A DNA stretch of 64,000 bases from an uncultured candidate division Zixibacteria bacterium (lineage in GTDB: Bacteria > Zixibacteria > MSB-5A5 > RBG-16-43-9), in the NCBI GenBank assembly GCA_963713865.1, contig OY970208.1, forward strand, positions 1,792,001 through 1,856,000, in the 5' to 3' direction. Numbering within the stretch: the stretch's first letter is position 1; each line of letters opens with the position of its first letter. Below the pieces are notes generated by a model, which worked only from the letters and a program-made list of their open reading frames with translations, ran no database searches and had not been told where the DNA came from. Made by a program: the position numbers and the translations under genes. Of this stretch, positions 57,322 to 64,000 are shown one piece after another.

Positions 57322-58683
57322 ATGCCCTCCATTCTTGTAATTGATGATAAAGAGAGCATGCGCCAGATGCTGGCTAAGACCTTGGAGTCAGAAGGATTTG
57401 AGGTTGATACTGCCAGGGATGGAGAAGGGGGATTGGATAAAGCCAAAGAAAAAAGATTCGATTTAATCCTGACAGATTTAAAACTACCCAAGATGGATGG
57501 TTTGGAGGTTTTGTCTTCTATAAAAGATTTAGATCCAGAGGTAGCGGTTATAGTAATGACTGCTTATGGAACTATTGAGACTGCGGTTCAAGCCATAAAG
57601 CAGGGTGCCTTTGATTTCTTGACCAAACCTTTTGATGTAGATCACCTGTATGTCCTGATTCAAAGAGCCTTAGAAAATCGACGACTTCTTGCAGAGAATG
57701 TTCTTTTAAGGGAGGAACTTGCTCACAACTTAGGTTTTACTGAAATAATCGGTAAATCCGAAAAGATGAAAGAGGTAACCAGACTTGTAAAGAAGGTAGC
57801 TTATAGTGATACCACAGTATTACTCTTAGGCGAAAGTGGTACCGGCAAAGAACTTTTTGCCAGGGCAATTCACAGCCTGAGCCCTCGAAAAAGTGGACCT
57901 TATGTGGCAATAAATTGTGCAGCAATTCCCAGAGAGTTGCTGGAGAATGAACTTTTTGGTTCAGAAAGAGGAGCATACACTGGAGCAGTTACCAGAAAGA
58001 TGGGTAAATTCGAAATAGCTGAAAAAGGAACGATCTTTTTGGACGAGATAGGGGATTTGGATATCGCTCTTCAGGCTAAGATTTTAAGGGTACTACAGGA
58101 AAAAAGATTTGAGAGATTAGGCGGGACAAAGACTATAAATATAGATGTGCGGGTGATTGCTGCTTCCAATTTTGACCTTAAAAAAGCAATCGAGAAAAAG
58201 AATTTTAGAGAAGACCTTTATTATAGATTATCTGTTTTCCCAATTCATATTCCTCCTTTAAGGGAAAGAAGGGAGGATATACCGGAATTGGCTGATTTTT
58301 TTATCCGTAAATATTGTTTAGAGATGAAAAAGGAAAAAAGGGCTCTTTCCAAAGAAGCTTTAAGCCTGATGGATAAATACCACTGGCCCGGAAATGTGCG
58401 TGAGTTAGAAAATACCATTGAAAGGGCGATTATCTTATGTGAAGGTAAAAAGATTATGCCTGAACACTTAGCTATAAGGCTCCCTTCAAATTCAGAGATA
58501 AGATTAAGAGAAGGGGCTGGCTTGAAAGAGGTGAGCCAATATGCTCAGGCAGAGGCTGAAAAAGCGATGATTTTAAGAGTGTTAAACCAGACCAGGGGGA
58601 ATAAAAGAAAGACCGCAGAGATTCTGAAGATAGATTATACTACGTTATTTGAGAAGATTAAGAAGTATAATATCGATGCCTGA
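57322..58683 (+). CDS. sigma54-dependent response regulator (NtrC/AtoC-like)
   Basis: REC; GESGTGKE; GAYTGA; WPGNVRELEN; HTH. Confidence 0.93.
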   Translation: MPSILVIDDKESMRQMLAKTLESEGFEVDTARDGEGGLDKAKEKRFDLILTDLKLPKMDGLEVLSSIKDLDPEVAVIVMTAYGTIETAVQAIKQGAFDFLTKPFDVDHLYVLIQRALENRRLLAENVLLREELAHNLGFTEIIGKSEKMKEVTRLVKKVAYSDTTVLLLGESGTGKELFARAIHSLSPRKSGPYVAINCAAIPRELLENELFGSERGAYTGAVTRKMGKFEIAEKGTIFLDEIGDLDIALQAKILRVLQEKRFERLGGTKTINIDVRVIAASNFDLKKAIEKKNFREDLYYRLSVFPIHIPPLRERREDIPELADFFIRKYCLEMKKEKRALSKEALSLMDKYHWPGNVRELENTIERAIILCEGKKIMPEHLAIRLPSNSEIRLREGAGLKEVSQYAQAEAEKAMILRVLNQTRGNKRKTAEILKIDYTTLFEKIKKYNIDA

Positions 58684-58736
58684 GTCAAAGAAAGTAGGTA
58701 GTAGACAGTAAACAGAATACAGGTTAAAAAAAGAAT

Positions 58737-58776
58737 GTAGCGGAAAACCATCAAGGTCTTGAGACTTCAGCCTTCC
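58737..58776 (+). repeat. extended GTAG-REP copy
   Basis: GTAGCGGAAAACCATCAAGGTCTTGAGACTTCAGCCTTCC. Confidence 0.8.
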
Positions 58777-58791
58777 ATACTTGCCAGAAAG

Positions 58792-59364
58792 TTAAAATCC
58801 ATCCTCTGCCCCCTCTTTTGCTTTCTGTTTAACCTGCTCTTCCATTTGTTTCTTGATCTCAACAGAAGTCATCTTGAATATAGCTAAGTCTGCTTCCTGG
58901 TGTCCAACCAAGAGACCTACAATTCCTTTACGTCTTTCAGCCTCCACGTTATTAAAAACTAGATTTAAGTTAGCTATAGTTCCATTCCAAATATATTCTT
59001 CAATATCTTTATCTGGCTTATTTCCTTCACCGAATTGCGCAAATACTAAATCTTTTAGTGCTGTCCAATTTTTTTCTCCTTGCGTCCAAATCTCCACCTC
59101 GTAGAATTTGTTGTGCCAAAAACCATATTTGATTAGAAAGAGCTTGACATCCCCTAACTTCAAAACCTCTTCTTTCTTTTTATAATACTCTATTCCACCA
59201 TATCTCTTTACCGTCTCAAAATGTTTTAAAGTCGGGAAGGAATCCAGGGGCGTTCCCCACTTCATTCCCCTGAAGCTATTTGGCTCATTTTCATAGGCAA
59301 AGGAGGTATCGCACAGGCTCAAAATTGAGCACACTAACAAACTAAAGAATAAAATCTTTCTCAT
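58792..59364 (-). CDS. secreted hypothetical protein
   Basis: Signal peptide MRKILFF...SFA; FRGMKWG motif; AAAGGGGTG RBS. Confidence 0.7.
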   Translation of the reverse strand: MRKILFFSLLVCSILSLCDTSFAYENEPNSFRGMKWGTPLDSFPTLKHFETVKRYGGIEYYKKKEEVLKLGDVKLFLIKYGFWHNKFYEVEIWTQGEKNWTALKDLVFAQFGEGNKPDKDIEEYIWNGTIANLNLVFNNVEAERRKGIVGLLVGHQEADLAIFKMTSVEIKKQMEEQVKQKAKEGAEDGF

Positions 59365-59494
59365 TTTTCTCACCCCTTTCACTTAAAGTTTACTCTGTTC
59401 ATTTGTTTATTTTATTAGGTTCTCTTAAAATAACTCAGATGTAGGAGAATAACAATGGTTCTGTAGCCTTTATATTTTTCTCCTTGTTTGATTG

Positions 59495-62357
59495 TTATGG
59501 TTCACAAGGTGGCTTGCCACCCTTGAAGAGATAGTTAATTAGATATACCACATCTGTAATATTGACTTGATTCTCACAGTTCACATTTCCTGCTTCAATT
59601 GGCCTGGGTGCAGGTCCGCCTTTGAAAAGGTAGTTAATGAGATAGATAATGTCTGAAACGCTTACCTGACCATCTGTGTTTGCATCGCCAACTGTGTAGC
59701 GAATACCCATAGTCTGGTTAGAATGGTTACTTTCATTTCCTGAGAAATCTGTGGCAGAAACAAGATAGTAATAGGGTTCTCCTAATTGAGCCGTGGAATC
59801 AGTGAAAACTGAGTCAATGCTAAAAGCGAACCTGTTATTGGGAGAAGGCTGAAATTGACTGGTGGTGTCCCGATAGAGGGTGTAGTAGTCGAAATCCTCG
59901 CTATTAGACTTTTTCCAAACTAACTTTGTTACCGCAGGCTTATGAGAAGCAAAAAGACCTGTTGGTGGTGAAGGAGAAAGGTTATCCAGGGAATATCCGG
60001 AGTCAACCGGTGAGTCGAAATATACCGTAGGATTATCTGTTCCTGCCCTGATGAAGAAGAGAGACCAATACATTCCTTCTGCTATAGTTGAATCTTTCAA
60101 AGTTGGAACTATAACTGAATATAGCGTCTCTCCAAAAGCAGGAATAGTGACCAGCCAATCCCATTCACCAGGAGGATAGGTTAAAAGCAAGCTTTTATCA
60201 ACAGGGGAAGAAGAAGCTAATGTTAATAAAGAATCTCTTTTTCTAAAGACGGAAAAGTTAGTTACCAAAGGGTCATCACCTGGGAAGCTCGACCATTTAA
60301 CTGAAACCTGTTTACCTTGGTCATTACCTACATCAGAAATCCCGGATATAGTGACATTATAAGAAGAACAGGTGGTCAAAAGGGAAGTTGAGTCTTTCAC
60401 AAAAGGATTGGTCAGGGAAACTCCTTTCAGAGTTATCTTATCCGTTGTGCCTATCGGAACACTGGGGATTGATACATCGAATAAAACTGAATCCTGTTGC
60501 CCTGGATTTAGTGTGATTTTGTAGCTCGGTGGTTGAATAGACCAACCCAAAAAATCGGATATGGTCAAGCGACTGGAGTCTGTAACAATACCTGTATTCT
60601 GAACATAGAATTTTGCTATGATGTGGCTATTGGCTTCACCACTTCTGTTACTGCTTGGTGAAACATCCAGACCTTCTTTGTAGGCGTTGCAGGTAACAGT
60701 AAGAGTTGCAGAATCACGGGCAAGCGCATTGGATTTGGAAACCGCAAGTAAAATGACCTGGTCACTTGTCCCCAAAGGAACATAAGGAATAGTGACAGTA
60801 AAACCTGCTGGTTCAGTCTCACCAGTGTCGAGGGTAATATCATAATGAAGCGGAACAATGCTCCAACCCTTGGAATCTGATATGTCAAGGCTATAACTGT
60901 CGGTAACTACACCAACATTTTTGACGAGATAAGATATTGAAACCGAGCTGTCTGCATAACCGCTTTGGTTACTGCCTGCGGTTACATCCACTCCCTCCAC
61001 TATAGCATTACACCAAACAATTAAATATGCGGTATCTGCAACAGAGGGATCGGCCTGAGATAAAGCAGTTAATCGGAGCTTATCTGTTGTCCCAATCAGA
61101 ACTGAGGGTATAGATACGGTGAAGGTTATCGTATCAACTTGTCCTGAATCCAGAGAAACCTCGTAGTAAGAAGGAACAATGGTCCAGCCGAGGGAATCAG
61201 TTATATTCAGGTCGTAAGTATCTGAAAGAAAACCGGTGTTTCTCACATAGAATTCTACAATGACATTACTTTGAGCTCTTCCTCCCTTATTAGCACCGGG
61301 ACTTAATTCTACTGATCGGGGCTGTTCTCCACAACCAACACCAAACGCACCAATATCTGTTCCCCCTTCCCCCGCACCAACGCAAGGCGATGCGCTTGAG
61401 AGATAATAGTTACCAGTCGCAGTATCACAGAAGAGGGGGTCAGCAGATATGCTACCTGGACCAGGAACTAAACCATAGTAATTATCAGGAAGGTTATTCC
61501 AAACGTCATTATAGATTACCATTAGACCGACTGAAGAATAAGAGTAAATGCCGTGGCCTTGGTTGGATCCCACTATGATATTATCGTCTACTTTTGGGTA
61601 ATTTTCATTCCAGATAGAGATACCGCCTCCTGTTGGTGCGTTATTCCCTACTAATGTATTGTGAGATACAATGTTTGAACTTCCCCCATACATTCGTATG
61701 CCCCCTCCAGTCGTCAATGCCCGATTATTTACTAATAGGTTGTTTTTTACATTTACTCCGTTGCAGCCGAGAAGATGGATACCACCCCCATGGGCACCAA
61801 CATTGTTGTTTTTCAGAATATTGTAATCAATAATGGCGGAATTGGAGGAGACTATTTCAAGTGTTCCTTGCCCGGAAGAATTGTTCTCTTCTATTACATT
61901 GTTCCTTATCAGTGGATTACCAGAAATGCTATAAATTGTGCCTTCTTCAGTGGCTGTGTTATTTCTGATAATGTTATGGTTAATCGTGGGGGATGAATTA
62001 TAACAATAAATAGCAGGGCCTTTACCTGCTATCCCGTTTACAATTGTGAATCCGTCAAGTATGGAGTTTCTCTGTTCTGTGTGGTCGAATGTCAGTATAG
62101 ACACACCTGAGTAAGCCTTGTTTATTATGGTGCTCTCCGCTCCAGCTTCACTTTTTACTAAGATTGCTTTACCATAGAAATTAATATTTCTCATAATAAG
62201 TCCCAAGAGCCACCAAAACTGTATCCCCATTTACAGATCCATATATTCCCTGTTGAATAGTGGCTGAATCACTGGGGACGTGGATAATCTTAGCCTGAGC
62301 GGACAGTGAAACAAAGGTAAAGAGACAGACCAGCAATAAAACTTTAAACTTAGGCAT
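59495..62357 (-). pseudogene. secreted right-handed beta-helix + Ig-like + FN3 + dockerin protein, frameshifted near 62187-62189
   Basis: True start 62357 (AAAGGAGG RBS; MPKFKVLLLV...AQAKIIHVPSDSATIQQGI...GDTVLVALGTYYE). One extra A shifts the frame before NINFYGK. C-terminal dockerin. Confidence 0.78.
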
Positions 62358-62550
62358 AAATGCCTCCTTTCTTTACTTTTCATACTTGAACTTTTAAGCT
62401 TTTGTCCTCCTTTGGCGGGTTTCTCGGACTTCAGCTTACGATTGAAAATTAAAAGATATACCGCCCGTGGGCGCCTACCCCTTTAAAGCATACAGTAGAT
62501 AGTATACAGTAAACAGGGTGTAGGGTATGGAACACCCTGCCCTACTTGGT

Positions 62551-64000
62551 TCAACAGGAACCTGGAATACAGGGTGGGTTTCCGCCTTTGAAAAGGTAAT
62601 TGATCATATAGATCACATCCGAAACTGTTACTTTACCATCACAGTTGGCATCACCTAACTCTTTAGGGTCAGGCTCAGGTCCGCCTTTGAAAAGGTAATT
62701 GATGAGGAAAACCACATCCGAGACTGTCTTTTTCCCGTCGCCATTGGCATCTCCTTGCAGATTTTCAGTGACTGAATATGTACATGTATCTGGCTGGCCT
62801 GGTTGAGGGACTGAGTAGGTACGTTCTGGAGCCTCATTCCCGTCTAATTTCACGCCCGTGGTATAGTGAGCAGTATCCGGAACACCTTCTTCTCTTATGA
62901 CTCTCACACTATATGGACCTATCAGGGGCTTGGGTATGACAACATTGTCATCACTTTCTCCATCCCCATTAAGATCTGTAATTTCATCATAGTAGGAGCC
63001 ATTTCCAATAGTGTTGAAACTTACCCCGATTGAGTCTAAATTCGGGTCGGTGACGATTAAATCAACTGGGGAGTAAGCGAAAACGCTCAGAGTGTCAGTT
63101 CTGTATAACACATATTTGATCGTGGCATAATCATTACCTGTTCCACTGCCCCAACTTGTTCCAGTTATATACACATTACCTGTAACATCCATTGCTATAG
63201 CTGTAGCACCATCAGAACCGTTTCCCGGCCCGTTGTATCTTCTAACCCAAGATGTATCTCCATTAGAATAGTATTTTACGGTGGCATAATCAGAAGATGT
63301 CCCACTCCCCCAACTACCTCCAGTAACATACACATTGCCAGAACCATCCACTGCTATAGCGTTTGATCCATCACCACCATTGCCTGGCCCATTATAACTT
63401 CTAACCCAGAGCTGGTCTCCATTTGATCCATACTTTATGGTGGCGTAATCAAACGCTGTTCCGGTGTTGTAACTACGTCCTGTCACATAAGCATTACCAG
63501 AATTATCTACGGCTATAGCATAGGCTTCGTCATAGTCGAGCCCTGATCCAAAATAACCTCTGAGCCAGAGCTGATTCCCATTTAAGTCATACTTTATGGT
63601 GATATATATACTTCTTGCCATGCTTACGTAACTCGTTCCGGTCACATAAACATTACCGGAAACGTCTACTGCTATTGCGTTAGCATAATCGTCGCGGTCT
63701 GGCCCATTGTATCTCCTCACCCAGGCAGTATCTCCGTTAGAGTAATACTTTATAGTGGCATAATCATCCTGTGATATGCCACCGCCGTAACTATTTCCGG
63801 TAACATAAACATTACCAGAACTATCTACGGCTATGGCAGAAGCCTCATCCGAGCCGTTTCCTGGTCCGTTGTACGTTCTTACCCAAACAGTACCGCCATT
63901 GGAATTATATTTAATGGTGGCATAATCATAATTTGATCCACTGCCAAAACTTTCTCCAGTCACATAAACATTGCCGGAACCGTCTACTGCTATGGCGTGA
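62551..64000 (-). CDS. SBBP-repeat beta-propeller protein with C-terminal dockerin (5' end outside the window)
   Basis: Repeats AIAVDxSGNVYVTGxS...DYATIKY; GDANGDGKKTVSDVVFLINYLFKGG. Confidence 0.85.
   Translation of the reverse strand, partial: HAIAVDGSGNVYVTGESFGSGSNYDYATIKYNSNGGTVWVRTYNGPGNGSDEASAIAVDSSGNVYVTGNSYGGGISQDDYATIKYYSNGDTAWVRRYNGPDRDDYANAIAVDVSGNVYVTGTSYVSMARSIYITIKYDLNGNQLWLRGYFGSGLDYDEAYAIAVDNSGNAYVTGRSYNTGTAFDYATIKYGSNGDQLWVRSYNGPGNGGDGSNAIAVDGSGNVYVTGGSWGSGTSSDYATVKYYSNGDTSWVRRYNGPGNGSDGATAIAMDVTGNVYITGTSWGSGTGNDYATIKYVLYRTDTLSVFAYSPVDLIVTDPNLDSIGVSFNTIGNGSYYDEITDLNGDGESDDNVVIPKPLIGPYSVRVIREEGVPDTAHYTTGVKLDGNEAPERTYSVPQPGQPDTCTYSVTENLQGDANGDGKKTVSDVVFLINYLFKGGPEPDPKELGDANCDGKVTVSDVIYMINYLFKGGNPPCIPGSC

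Overview
AT-rich bacterial genomic window. The dockerin consensus (GDxNxDxxVxVSDVVYLINYLFKGGPxP) and FlgD-Ig/T9SS-like C-terminal tails suggest an FCB-group organism, most likely candidate division Zixibacteria (inference). Housekeeping genes: archease-rtcB, cutA, dCMP deaminase, nrdR, tatC, rpiB, glyA, purF, sbcCD. Other content: (i) a divergent pair of cohesin+dockerin scaffoldin-like genes, one with six near-identical 258-bp repeats, plus four dockerin-tagged secreted proteins (M64 and S8 peptidases, a beta-helix protein, an SBBP propeller), suggesting a non-cellulolytic cellulosome-like complex; (ii) a type IV pilin locus with sugar-modification genes, prepilin peptidase and sigma54 activators; (iii) a REP-associated tyrosine transposase with dispersed GTAG REPs; (iv) unannotated small elements: two paralogous structured RNA-like hairpins (one behind a NarL-type box and promoter), a putative sigma28-driven sRNA, and a 54-aa Lys-rich desulforedoxin-like protein. 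Several sigma54 and sigma28-type promoter motifs suggest a regulatory cascade. Three genes carry single-base frameshifts that may be sequencing errors. No rRNA, tRNA or CRISPR array was recognised. All family assignments come from reading motifs by eye; no searches were run.
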